A stretch of 64,000 bases of DNA from Carcharhinus amblyrhynchos (taxonomy: Eukaryota): positions 74,152,001 through 74,216,000 of the forward strand of contig OZ336880.1 in NCBI GenBank assembly GCA_965287045.1. The letters are read 5' to 3'. This document shows, piece after piece, positions 1 through 11,230 of this stretch (position 1 is its first letter; each line of letters starts with the position of its first letter). The position numbers and the translations under genes were made by a program. Under the pieces are notes generated by a model. It was not told where the DNA came from. It did no database searches and was given only the letters and a program-made list of their open reading frames with translations.

Positions 1-284
1 AAATCTTTCAAGCAATAATGAATGGAATTGTGAATCATCTTTACTGAAGCGGTGAATTTAAAAAAAAATGTTGACATATCTTTGAGCGTAAATCTATATG
101 TGATTGTGAATTTTAAATTCTCAACACTTAGCATATAATCCACAGGTTTAAATTAGTAACATCAAATGTTGTGTCGATGTGTTACCCTCTTACCAGTGCC
201 AACTCTACATAGCAGCCCTCTACACCATACTCGTAAATACAAAGCTGATTCTCCATGTAGTTGTATAGCAAATATTACTGCGGT

Positions 285-400
285 GTAGTCCCCCGGACTA
301 GGAAGAGTAAATATTAGCCCAGGCTCTTGCTCCTGAATGCTGTGTCATAACTACTGCTGGTGATGTGTACAGGTGTGGATGTTGGTTAGGCAAAGGGATA
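285..400 (+). mobile_element. Fragment of an ancient, highly diverged SINE family (family X)
   Basis: ggactaggaagag...attagcccaggctcttgctcctgaatgct...tgctgg...gtgtggatgttggttagg resembles the copies at about 33.4k, 35.0k, 42.5k, 47.2k, 51.0k, 52.3k and 53.8k. Confidence 0.5.
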
Positions 401-505
401 AAGGACTTATGGAACCAAGGCGGGTGGATAGAATTAAGATATGGTCCAACTGAACAGTGCAGCAGACTCAGGGAGCTTAATATTCTATTCTTGTTTTTAC
501 ATTCT
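390..505 (+). mobile_element. CR1 LINE 3' tail remnant
   Basis: aagggataaaggacttatgga...gcagactcagggagcttaatattctattcttg resembles the CR1 3' UTR at 7690-7825. Confidence 0.5.
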
Positions 506-2579
506 TTGGATTTACAGGTTAAATGTTAGGCTGATCTTATCCTAAATACATTAATGCTTGCTATCTGAGCTTGGGGGCTCACCTGCCAAGAATGCCTTTC
601 CAGATATGCATTGTGCACCATTTCCCACCCTTCTGCTCGAAGATCAAAATAACAGAATGTTCGCTTTGGATGTTAATATTTCCTAGATATTAATACAGTT
701 AATAATATGTTATACATCCAAACACTATTGTCCAGTGATGCCTATGAAGAAAGGCATGAAACCTGGATGACAGAAGCCTTTCAGCAAATGACATCAGTTA
801 TTTCAAAAATGGACAAGATACCTGACTGTCCCTGAGTAAGGCTTGGGCCTGAAATTTTAGCTCATTGGGTGCGCGCAGAAGTAGACATGAAACACTCTTC
901 CAGCTGCGATCAGCCCCAGAAGGCAACTTGGCACAGGCTGGCCAATTAACAAGCAGCCAGTGTGAAATGCACTCTGGGAAAGCTCAATGCTGTCAGAGAG
1001 GCTGGGGAGAATGCGGGTGCAGAGAAAAGAGAGCCTGTGGGTTTGTGCTTCCATTGTGCTCCGTCAGCCACAGTGAAACTGTCTTCGTGGGCTGTAGACC
1101 TGCAAAAAAAAATTTCAAATAGAGCAACACTGCAAAGGGCATCTAGGCAGTACATTCAAGCACAAGCCAGAGTCCCCAGACACCTTTTTAAATTTGCTTG
1201 ACCCCAGACATTCCATCCCATTCTGGACTGAGGCTGTAGCAATATGTAAAGGCTGCCTGGCCAATCACCCACCTGAAGACCCTTCAACAGGCCATGTACA
1301 ATTGCATTCAGTTGATCCCTTAGTTGCTTGATCATCAGTGGGTGCACTTCTCACTTTTGCGTATGTCTGCCGACTGAAATGTTGTGCGAGTGTGCGAAAA
1401 TGTCAGGATTCTCACATAATTTCACATGCGTCTGGGTTCATGGTGCGCCCAGCCAGCAACATGAAATCCTGGTCTTGGAAAGGTAGATGTAATCTGCTTG
1501 TATTTCTGCTGGTAACTACACGAGGAGCAGTGCAATATGGTGGGCTGCCTTGATATGGGCCCATCCAGCCTGAGGTGCACTCCCCCATACCTCTTTCTTG
1601 AGGGTGCATCGGCAATCATCTACTGCCAGGCCCTGCTTTTTTCAAGAAGTTTTGAAACATTTCACAGGACACCTACTTCCTGTTTTAAGGTGGTCAGCGA
1701 TGCAACTGCCATTTGACAGTTTGTTTTACACTTAATGACTTGTTGCTTCAAGTGGATGTGGTCATATTCCCCTGGAGATCTCATCCATAAGCTGCAATTA
1801 CATGCACAAGCTCATGGACATTCTTCAAATAGTGATGCAAAATCAAAAGTTGCACAGTTTAGGGCCCTGGTTTAGAATTTTCAAAAATTTTGCAATCCTT
1901 ATTGCCTACTGTGGTGACAGAGCTAAGTCATTAGAATCATAATTCCTCTGGACACAAATTGAAAATTGCTCTCCTGAAAGTTGCCATTCCTGCTCACGTA
2001 CAGTTCTAAAAGATTGCCAGTCAGTCTTCATTCATGAACTTTTGTGTCACCAAGCTGTTTACCATGGGGGTCATCATTTGATGATTATTAGTGTACAGAG
2101 AAAAAAATCAGATCTTTGAGCAATTGACTGATGGAGCAGTACAGAAGCTCAGGCCTCATTAACGTTGATGCTTGAGGAAAGTGTGTTCAAAACATGGCCA
2201 GACAGATCAAGTCTCAACTTATAAATCCTACCCTTCTAAGCCAATTGGCCTCATTAACATTGTCTAAATTAACACTTCTAAATGGGTGTCCACTGCAACG
2301 TTCTAGGAGGCCAGTTAACAACTGACTCTAACACTGATCCATCAGCAGGAAAGGGTATTTGATGGGGGGCATGCACAAGCTGGCAGTGGCCATTCTTAAA
2401 CTCGCAGTTAGATGATAAAAGATATGGGGCCATACTTTGAAATCATTTCTGGGCAAAATGGGCACTGTGGATTTGAACCTCAAAATTTCAATTGGAGACC
2501 AACGTACATTTAAAGAGTCTACCAGTACAGATGGGCAAGTTCTCTAGCCACCTAACAGAAATCCCCACCAATATGGCAG

Positions 2580-2870
2580 CAGCCAGGGTGCATCTCCACA
2601 TCTCTTTGTGCACCATGCCCAAATAAGGCTTTGGCAACCACAGTCATGTTACGTGTGGCAAAGTACTCCAATGGTGCCTTCTGCAAATGACTGATCAGGA
2701 ATCTGTCCAGCTCTTGCCACCTGCCATTGCCGTAGGCGGGTAAGATTTATAAGTTGACACTGAACCTCTTTGGCCACATTGTGAACACACTTTCCTTGAC
2801 CATCAAGCATGGAGTGGGACTTGAACCCAGAGCTTCTGACTCAAAGACAAGAATGCAGCACTGAGCAACA
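2580..2870 (-). mobile_element. tRNA-headed SINE
   Basis: Minus strand reads gctcagtgctgcattc...gagtcagaagctctgggttcaagtcccactcc (A/B-box-like head) followed by a body. An inverted internal fragment of it lies at about 2165-2250. Confidence 0.6.
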
Positions 2871-3339
2871 AAATTGGGACCACGGTTTCCTAAAGAGGAG
2901 TATTGGAAGCTACAATACAGGCTGATCTTTTGCCTTCTTAGCTAGGATCATTACAGACAATTAAAATGCTCCAGCTGATTGAATCTGGAACTTTCCTGAT
3001 CATTTAGATGTTTTCTTTCAATTTCTATTACTGTGAAAGTTTTTGTGTTGACATTGAGAGGTTGTTCATTACAAAATAGGATCAAAATTACCTAAAGCCT
3101 CACAGTAGTAAATAGTGTTTGTATGTATTATATATGTGCATATGTATAATATATATAATGTAATATGTCAATGCTGACTTGATGGGCCAAAGGGTCTCTT
3201 CTACACTGCATGATTCTGTGATTATATATATAATTAAGTAATGGCAAATCAATAATGATCACAAACCGAAGTGACAGTGTTGGCACTACCTTGCATGGAA
3301 AAACACAAAAAAAATTCTGCGGATACAGGAAATCTGCAG

Positions 3340-3875
3340 TAAAAACAAGAAATGCTGGAAATAATCAGCAGATCGACAGCATCTGCGGAGAGAGAAAATG
3401 TTTCAGGTCAAAGACCGAACAGCGAAAAGTTAAAAAACGCAGTCGGTTTTAAGCAAGTGAGAAGGGGGAGGAGGGGAAAAGAACAAAAGGGGAGGTCTGC
3501 GATAGGGCAGAAGACAGGAGAGATTAAATGACAAAAGATTTGGTGGTGCACGGCCAAAGTGAATGACAATGAGGCAAGTGAAGGGACAAAAGATGTGTCT
3601 AGAGGAGGTGTGAATGTCAGAACGGTGAACAGCTGCCATCTGAAAGCAAATACTAGAGAAAAATGAGAGTAAAACTGAAACCTGCGAATGAAAAAAAGGA
3701 AACAAAATGGGGGCGAAATTACAGTCTGAAATTGTTGAACTCAGCTTTGAGTCCAGAAGGCAGGCAACTGCCTCACTGAAAGATTAGGTACTGTTCCTCA
3801 AACTTATTTTGAGATTCACTGGAACACTGCAGGAGGCCAAGGGCAAAAAGGTCAGTGTGAGAACCAGGTGGAGCA
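3340..3875 (-). mobile_element. Penelope-like element 3' end (GIY-YIG C-terminal relic plus tail)
   Basis: Minus strand of about 3724-3863 translates SHTDLFALGLLQCSSESQNKFEEQYLIFQ*GSCLPSGLKAEFNNFR, the typical PLE endonuclease C-terminus with a stop. Tail on the + strand reads aaacaagaaatgctggaaataatcagcagatc...gcatctg. Confidence 0.8.
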
Positions 3876-4511
3876 CTCTGTATTCACTCTGGTTTAGATC
3901 CCATGTGCTGTATCAGAAAGAGTAGACCAGCCAAACGTACTTGCTAGCTCCTACAAATTAATCAACCTCTGGGCAAGTAATCCAATCACGGAAATTGAAG
4001 CCACACAGCTATGACAATCATCACGATTTATGCACAGTATATTAAAAATTTTGAGTCTCCTTGTTTGTGTTACACCTATTTCTGGTGTCAGGATTTTCAA
4101 TGTCACGTCCCTTGTTATGTCTCGGTATAACAGTTTAAGCTGCACAGTTTGTATGGTCACCATTACAATTAACTATTAGCTTTCGCCCATCACCTGCCCC
4201 ACAGGCTGATTTGTTTTAACTTCTCTCTCCAATGCCCAGCCCAAAACTCTAGCCAGTTCTTGCAGTCAACCCAGTACTGTAAAGCAAAGCTCTCCTGCCA
4301 TCCACACTGGAGACCCCCCATACACCCCACCCACGCTTCCCCCCCAACCCCCACAACTTCCCACCCGTCACAGCTCTCAAGTCCAGCTTTTATTGGTCTA
4401 AAGTTCTTTGCCCAAATGGTGGCCTTCTGCCTCCCTTCATTCTGCTGCCGTGAAGTGGAAGAAGCGCAAAGAGAGAAAGAAAGTGAGCAGAACTAATGAG
4501 AGCAAGTGAGG

Positions 4512-4540
4512 TGGGGGGGGGGGGGGGGGGGGGCGGGGGG
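4512..4540. repeat. poly-G tract
   Basis: Direct reading. Confidence 0.9.
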
Positions 4541-4589
4541 CAGCAGAAGTAGAGAGAAAAAGAGTGAGAGAAACAACAACAGCAGGTCA

Positions 4590-4765
4590 CAGATGAGACA
4601 GTGGTGAGAGTGTGGAATTCACTGTCGCATGAAGTGATTGAAGCAGACAGCACTGACACATTAAAGAGGAGGCTCGATACATACATGAGGCTGAGGTTTA
4701 GGGTTAAGGCAGGAGGAGGCTCATATGGAATATAAACAACAGCACTGATCTACACGACCGAATGT
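4590..4765 (+). mobile_element. Degenerate CR1 LINE 3' end
   Basis: gtggtgagagtgtggaattcactgtc...gtgattgaagcagac...ttaaagaggaggctcgatacatacatg, a VV.VWNSL...FKRRLD.YM-like remnant. Confidence 0.6.
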
Positions 4766-4967
4766 AGACTCCACCTAATTCAATATCAGAAAAAAGCCTC
4801 TTCTGACGAACCATGATCTATTAGCTTTAACATTAAAAATATCAGTCCCATCAACAGTAATTGATTTTATTGTAGCTAAATTACATTTTTCAATGGAAAA
4901 TATGACTCCAGCCTGGTTGATGAGGCACGTGTCCAACTGGTATTTCATTCTACCCTCGACAGAATAC

Positions 4968-5500
4968 ATGGGGATAGATTTTATACGAAGAAGTTGGGGA
5001 CAAGCGGCCTAGCAGAAACATGGCTCTGCAGACTGGCCGTTGACTGATTAAAGACAGAATTTCTGTCCCACACAGACAGGAAGTCCAACCTCAGAGAGCA
5101 TCTGGCCAATCAGAGGCCAGCAGCTGTCCATTACTAGCAGCACCAAAAATGGTAGCCACTGCCAGTACTGCATAAGGAAGTATTCAGCTCTGCATCTTTG
5201 TAAGCGTTTAGGGTCTTGCTAAGCCGTGCTGAGGATGGTTGGGGTGGCCGGGGTTGGAGGCGTCATGGTGGGGACGTTGGGATAGGAACCTGTGGGACGT
5301 AACATTTCAGGGAGTCCTTCCATAGGCTATGGGGCTTTTGGAGGGAGCACTGCCTGGTAGCTAGCACCAGCCCCACTGTCGGCAAACCTGCAGTGATGGC
5401 AACTGGACATGCAGGTAGACAGTGACCAAGTCATCCACTGGATTTTACATGCCCCACAGCCATCAAACCCACTGGCAAATGAGCATAATAGCCTTCCCAT
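4968..5500 (+). mobile_element. Non-autonomous DNA-transposon-like repeat (family Y)
   Basis: Core ggaagtccaacctcagagagcatctggccaatcagaggccagcagct...cagcacc...ggtagccactgccagtactgca recurs at about 9780-9900 (+), 19630-19740 (-) and 32680-32775 (-). Confidence 0.5.
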
Positions 5501-5671
5501 TATATCCAATTATATTTTGGACTAAGGACTCCCCTGCAAAGCTTGTAAACAGGCTAAGCAACTTGGTATCCATATAGAATCATCATAAAATCCCAACAGT
5601 ACATAAAGAGGCCATTCAGTCCATCGATATGCAATCTTGGACAGTGTCTTCTACTTAAAGGTCTCAGATCA

Positions 5672-6077
5672 TATACAAAGAAAATTACAGCACAGGAATG
5701 GACTCTTCAGCCCTCCAAGCCTGCACCGACTATACTGCCTGGCTGAACTAAAACCCCCTACCCTTCCAGGGACCATATCGCTCCATTCCCATCCTGTTCA
5801 TGCAGTTGTCAAGACACCCCCTTAAAAGTCAGCGAGTTCCAAGCAGCCGCCACCCTCTGGGGAAAAAACTTGCCTCATACATCCCCTTTGAACCTTGCCC
5901 CTCGCCCTTAAACCTGTGCCACCTAGTAACTGACTCTTCCATCCTGGGAAAAAGCTTCTGACTATCCACTCTGTCCATGCCTTTCATCGTCTTGTGTTCT
6001 TCTATCAGGTCGCTCCTCAACCTCCGTCGTTCCAGTGAGAACAAACCAAGTTTCTCCAACTTCTCCTCATCGCTAAT
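5672..6077 (-). mobile_element. CR1 (HER1-like) LINE 3' fragment
   Basis: ORF 5829-6059 EKLGLFSLERRRLRSDLIE..K.MKG.DRVD...LFP....TR.H..K is the CR1 ORF2 C-terminus, followed by a CR1 3' UTR. Confidence 0.9.
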
Positions 6078-6144
6078 CTTTTAGAAAATTTAGTTTTGTT
6101 TTTAAAAAATGATTTGACCACTTAATGTTGACGATGGAGAAGAC

Positions 6145-6508
6145 ATTGCATTGTCATTGGATTACTCATTCAAAGACCAACGGTAATGCCCTGGGGACCC
6201 TGGTTCAAATTCCACCACAGCAGATGGTAATTAAAAGTCTAATGATGATCATGAAACCATTGTCAATCGTCATAAAAACCCACCTGATTCATTAATGTCC
6301 TTTAGGGCAGGAAATCTGCCACCCTTACCTAGTCTGGCCTACACGTGACTCCAGATCCACAGCAATGTGGTTGACACTTTAAAAGAAATGGCCTCCAAAA
6401 TGGCCAAACAAACCACTCTGGGGATGTCAGAATGGTAAACAGCTGGGGATGGGCAATAAATGCTGGTCTTACCAGTGACATCCACATACCATGAAATAAT
6501 TTTAAAAA
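6145..6508 (+). mobile_element. tRNA-derived SINE (MetaSINE/SlmI-like body) with LINE-derived tail
   Basis: B-box ggttcaaattcc. Core ggaaatctgccacccttacctagtctggcctacacgtgactccaga. Tail gggatgggcaataaatgctgg is shared with the LINE end at about 20545. Family name is from memory. Confidence 0.75.
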
Positions 6509-6833
6509 TCAGCTGGAGGCTCTGGAGGAATTGTGGAATCAGGGTGTTTAAAGAAACACTATTAACAGGTAATTGTTAACATTGGGTGCTTCAATATCCA
6601 TATCAGCTGTGTTCATTCTCACTGATTCTGTTCTTACACTATAGGCTCAGCAATTCCTCCAGGCTGACTCCCCTTGCTGACGTCTTCTGTAATCTCCATT
6701 CCAACAAACAAAATCAAAAATTAACTGAAATAAAGACAAAATGTCACTCAACTTCATGATTATTCTTTCCTTCTGTTTAACCTGTAAAAGGTAAGGCAGC
6801 TTCCTTGACTCTTAGGAGCCTGCTTTTGTTTTC

Positions 6834-7150
6834 ATAGAGTCATAGAATCCCTACAGTGCAGAAGGAGGCCATTTGGAACCTACACTGACAATAATCTCAC
6901 CTAGGCCCGATCTTCATGACCCCATGCACTTACCCTACTAATTCCCCTGGCACTAAGGGGCAATTTATCATGGCCAATCAACCTAACCCGCACATCTTTG
7001 GAGTGTGGGAGGAAACTGGAGCACCGAAGGAAAACCACACAGACACGGGGAGAATGTGCAAACTCCACATGGTCAGCCAAGGCCAGAATTGAACATGGGT
7101 CCCTGGTGCTGTGAGGCAGCAGTGTTAACCACTGTGCCATTGTGCCGCCC
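6834..7150 (-). mobile_element. HE1-type V-SINE, near full length
   Basis: Minus strand gggcggcacaatggcacagtggttaacactgctgcctcacagc..., V-domain ttctccccgtgtctgtgtgg...cctcccacactccaaagatgtgc, CR1-like tail ggcctccttctgcactgtagggattctatga. Confidence 0.9.
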
Positions 7151-7369
7151 TTTCTTGTACTGACATGCTTGTTTTCTACACTGTTTATGACAAAACTCAT
7201 GAAAGACTGTCATTAAAATACTTTGATGAGGCACTGCAGAATGGTATGATGCATTCTGCAAACAAATAAACCAACAAGTGAATTTGAATCAAGTGTTGGG
7301 AGAATGGTATTTTCACATATTTTATTTTGGTCTGTTCTTTGAGATAAAGTGAAATCAGAAAACATGAAG

Positions 7370-7825
7370 CAGGGGCTTAGCCTATGAAGAGAGACTAAAT
7401 GGACTGGGTCTGTACTCGTTGGAGTTTAGAAGGATGAGGGGGGATCTTATAGAGATGTATAAGATAATGAAGGGGATAGATAGGGTAGAGGTAGAGAGAT
7501 CCTTCCCGCTTAGAAAGGATAGCAGGACTAGAGGGCACGGCCTCAAGATAAGGGGGAGGCAGTTTAGATCAGAGTTGAGGAGGAACTTTCTTCACTCAAA
7601 GGGTGGTGAATCTCTGGAATTCTTTGCCCGTTGAAGTGGTGGAGGCTACCTTGCTAAATATATTTAAGTCACGGGTAGATAGGTTTCTGATAGACAGGGG
7701 AATTAAGGGTTATGGGGAGAAAGTGGAACTGATCCACTTCAGATCAGCCATGATCTTATTGAATGGCAGGGCAGGCTCGAAGGGCTAGATGGCCTACTCC
7801 TGCTCCTATTTCTTATGTTCTTATT
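7370..7825 (+). mobile_element. CR1 LINE 3' fragment
   Basis: ORFs 7419-7634 and 7603-7788: EFRRMRGDLIEMYKIMKGIDRV...TRGHGLKI...RRNF / VNLWNSLP.EVVEA....FK..VDRFL. 3' UTR gatggcctactcctgctcctatttcttatgttctt. Confidence 0.92.
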
Positions 7826-7841
7826 TAGATGCGCATCAACA

Positions 7842-8190
7842 ATTTTTTGACATTCATTCATGGGAAATGGGCATCGCTGGCTGGCCAGCATTTATTGCCT
7901 ATTCCTAGTTGCAGTTGAGAATCAACCACGTTGCTGTGGCTCTGGAGTTATGCGTAGGCCAGACCAGTTAAGGACGGCAGATTCCTTTCCAAAAACGACA
8001 TTAGTAAACAAGATTTTTTTTTCCCTGACAACTAACAATAGTTTCACAGTCATCAGTAGATTCTTAATTCCAGATATTCCTTATTGAATTCAAATTCCAC
8101 CATCTGCCATGGTGTGATTCGAACCCAGGTCCCCTGTACATTGGTTGAGTTTCTGGATTAACGATAATACGATTAGGCCATCACCACCCG
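7842..8190 (-). mobile_element. Same SINE family as 6145-6508, inverted
   Basis: cattcatggg...gctggccagcatttattgcc...tctggagttatgcgtaggccagacc...ggacggcagatt...gattcgaacccagg. Confidence 0.8.
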
Positions 8191-8839
8191 CTAAGTAACT
8201 CAAAAATAAAACTGTAGCCACTTACGGAATAAAAATAAATATTATTTTAACATTTGTTATTTAAGCATATTAATATCAAAATCACAGTAATTTGTTTGAA
8301 ATTTTCTTTAAGCATCCCATAATGGAGGTAGCCCAGACCTCCACTCGCTCTCTGCACATCTAGTTTGGAGGTCTTTGATTGACAGGAATTACTGGCATGG
8401 AGCTTTTAATGTCACCTCACAGAAGCCAGAATATAGTGTTAAACTACAGCCTTTAAACAAGATGGTAAAGTAATGTTCCTTTGCTTTAATTAAACAACAA
8501 TAACTGCATCTGCACTCCTCCCCAATGTTATTCTTTAATTAAACTCAACACATCAGGTAGGTACAAGATTCAGACAACTGACAGAAGAGCTCTTTTACGA
8601 GTTTGACCTCTGGATTACAGAACTACATCGGCTTTTGTAGGGTGCCACCAAAATACATACGTAACAATGGTTGAATCATGTAACATTTGGAACATAAAAC
8701 ATCTGCAACACATTCCTCTGCCTAACCAGCATTGTTGAGTCAAATGAATTAGAATGAAGAGTTTTGTGCGTGGACAACCTCACATATTCTAATATTTCCA
8801 GAGTCATGATCCAATAAGCAGTCCAGAAGCCAGACTTAC

Positions 8840-9097
8840 CAGTACCGTCTATTGAGACTGGTAGTGTCTCCCTGCTGTGCCAGGTGTGTTCCGTGCCGCA
8901 GTCCCTCTTCTCACCTTCCTCGTCGTCCCTTGGCAACAGTACTTGGTTTCCATGTGGGGAAGAATCGTGGTTGGGCATAGTCACTGGACTGGAATCTCTA
9001 TCCAGGGCATTGATAATACTGTCATCTTCCGCAATGTGAAGCTTGTCTTCGTCATCTGTTTCTGAACCCGTATCCACTACATTCTCGTAGTTCAAAA
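8840..9097 (-). CDS. ZEB2: ZEB2 (zinc finger E-box-binding homeobox 2) internal coding exon, orthologous to human exon 3
   Basis: Translates (V)[85 protein letters not shown], matching the human ZEB2 N-terminus [86 protein letters not shown]. Acceptor ttttctcttttgcag| (AG = 9099-9098), donor |gtaagt (8839-8834). 258 nt, phase 1-1. Sequence and length fit ZEB2, not ZEB1. Confidence 0.96.
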
Positions 9098-9659
9098 CTG
9101 CAAAAGAGAAAAGGCATTGGAAGATTTGAGAGTTGCAAAAATGTAGGTAAAGCACGAAGAGAGAGGCTGAAGGTGGAGTGAGTAAAAATCTTTACCATGC
9201 CTATGCTTTCTCAAACCTGGTCCAATCTCATATAAATTCCTCCACCTAGCGCCTGGTGTCTCACTTTCCAAATTCTTGAGAGCGCTGGCAAAACATGCCA
9301 AATAAGCTAAAAAACATGCTTCAAATGTCAGAACAGCTCAAGAACCAAAATAAACCAGTTTATTTTGCCACACAAACCTGATGCACTTGCACCAGCATTC
9401 CTTAAAATAGACAGTTTATAAATAAGGTCTTTGAACTGAATTGAAGGTGGCTGCTTCTGCATTAGCTTGCCTTCCCAGTCATTCAGTGTGCATGGTAGTA
9501 CATAAATTGTCCACTTTACCACTAGACAAGAAAGATTAGAGTAATAAACACAGGGACATTAGTTTAGCTGGAACAACATACCATCAGTTACACACATACA
9601 GACACAACTCTGACAAAAACTGTTTAACCCGGCTCACAAGAAACACAAACAGACACACA

Positions 9660-10370
9660 CAGGGTAAAATCTAATGTAGGTGACGGAGGTCTTGTCTCTT
9701 GGCTAGAGAGCTGGCAGGAGCTCCATGTCCCCTCTTTGCCTTGCCATATTAGGTGACAATTAACTGGAAGGACCCTGGGAGCTGACATCCTGCCCACCAA
9801 GAGCTGCCCCCCCCCCCCCCCCCCCCCCAAAACAGGATCCAGCTGCTTTTCAGTGTTCAGCAGTGCCGCCAGGGTGGCAGTGGCTGCTGCGGGTAATGCA
9901 CACACCCGATGTCCAGCATTGTCAAAGGGTTCAAGTCACAGGTCACAGGGGGATTACAAGTTGGGGATCTGGGTTGGGGAACAGGGGTGTGGCACTCAGT
10001 GAGTCACATTACCCTTGTTTCCCCTTTCCCCCGTCATCCCAAAGATGGGTTCCTTGAGGGGGCTTTGAGTGTCGCTGAATGAGGGATTCCTCCCCCCCAC
10101 TCCCCCCAACCACCCACCCAACCCCATGGGAAACCCACAAACAAGTCATTGGGTTTCCCGCAAGGTAGGTCTCCTCCCTGCCACTGGGCAAATACCATCG
10201 GCCATAGGATGAGGGTGTTAAATGGGCTTTAATTACCCATTTAGAGAATTCAAATGGCACTGGTGCAGGAAGGCCCTCCCTGGGATTTAATCGGGGGAAG
10301 AGCGATGGTGGGGTGCTCCTACCTGCAACACCCCTGCTCGACTGAATGCCCTCCTGCTACTAAAATAACC
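9660..10370 (+). mobile_element. Family Y non-autonomous repeat, diverged, with poly-C tract
   Basis: catcctgcccaccaagagctgcc...cagcagtgccgccagggtggcagtggctgctgcgggtaatgca resembles 5075-5172. Confidence 0.4.
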
Positions 10371-10378
10371 ACACAGGA

Positions 10379-10380
<2 letters not shown>

Positions 10381-10427
<47 letters not shown>
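10381..10427. repeat. (CA)n microsatellite
   Basis: Direct reading. Confidence 0.95.
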
Positions 10428-10428
<1 letters not shown>

Positions 10429-10429
10429 C

Positions 10430-11230
10430 TCAGTAATATGGCCTCATGACGAGAGGAAGGAAAACATCTCCAGCTAAATCGCAAAGTTTTCAGGTTCATT
10501 TTGATTTCTGCGCTCTTAATAAAGAAATCCTTTGGCTTTATCAACTGAACCATCTCAAGTGGCTCTTGCCAGCTATCAGATTATACAGGAGTGGCAGGAA
10601 CAGAATTGTGCTTGTATCAGGTTTAGAATCCTCCTCTCATGAATTTGTGAAACATTGAAATCATTTCTATTTACAACTCTTGCTTTCCAGGCCTTCCTAT
10701 CTGCTTCTTTTCCTGCTTCTGGAAGGTTTGCTGTTTATTATTTTGTGAAGAAGAATAACAAAAGTAGTTTTATATATTATGTATATATATTATATATATA
10801 TATATATCAGCTGGGACAAAAAAATTACACTGCGCATATCTACTCATAATATGATCTTTGTATAATCCGCGGGTCTGCACTTGCCTTCCCAACAACTGCA
10901 CAACAGGTGCAAATTAAAATGAAAACGGCAGCGAAGTTGGGCAAACAGAAATGCTGACCTGGTTTGAATACCAATTGACGGGCGAAACAAAACCTTTTCA
11001 AAGAGGTGTGACCACAAGGGTTTAGGCAAGTTCAGGCTGGGTAATGCCCTTTGAAAATAAATGATTTTTTTTTAAAAGGGAATATTCGTCTTCACTCTAG
11101 CTGTGTGGTCCAGATATACCTTGGCACAATTGACTGTGCCCTTCCTTTGCAACGGTAGTTTAACCATTTCTTAGCAACGTGCCGAAGATTCTTTATTGCA
11201 CAAGGGTTCAAGGCTTCACTGGATATATTT
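10430..11230. promoter_or_regulatory. Candidate conserved non-coding element(s)/enhancer just upstream of the ZEB2 exon
   Basis: TE-free, complex sequence that retains CpGs. Contains E-box CAGGTG (about 10904) and RUNX-like TGACCACA. Human ZEB2 introns are known to host ultraconserved elements. Not aligned. Confidence 0.5.

Larger units (their letters stand above)
1..8839 (-). other. ZEB2: ZEB2 intron downstream of the exon (intron 3 equivalent)
   Basis: Starts with GTAAGT. The short EEMKEDYDTMGPEAT-type next exon was not found by eye in 1-8839. Confidence 0.65.

Noticed and set aside
845-1870. Complete DNA transposon bounded by gggcctgaaatt / agtttagggccc
   Set aside because: The TIR match is weak, with no clear TSD or transposase remnant. 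Probably a repeat, but I cannot classify it.
1-8839. Next ZEB2 exon (EEMKEDYDTMGPEAT-like, about 72 nt)
   Set aside because: Not found by eye. A candidate near 2420-2450 does not translate to a similar peptide. It probably lies outside the window, but a TBLASTN is needed.
8676-9155. 159-aa ORF as a stand-alone gene
   Set aside because: Only 8840-9097 matches ZEB2. The flanks are read-through past canonical splice sites.
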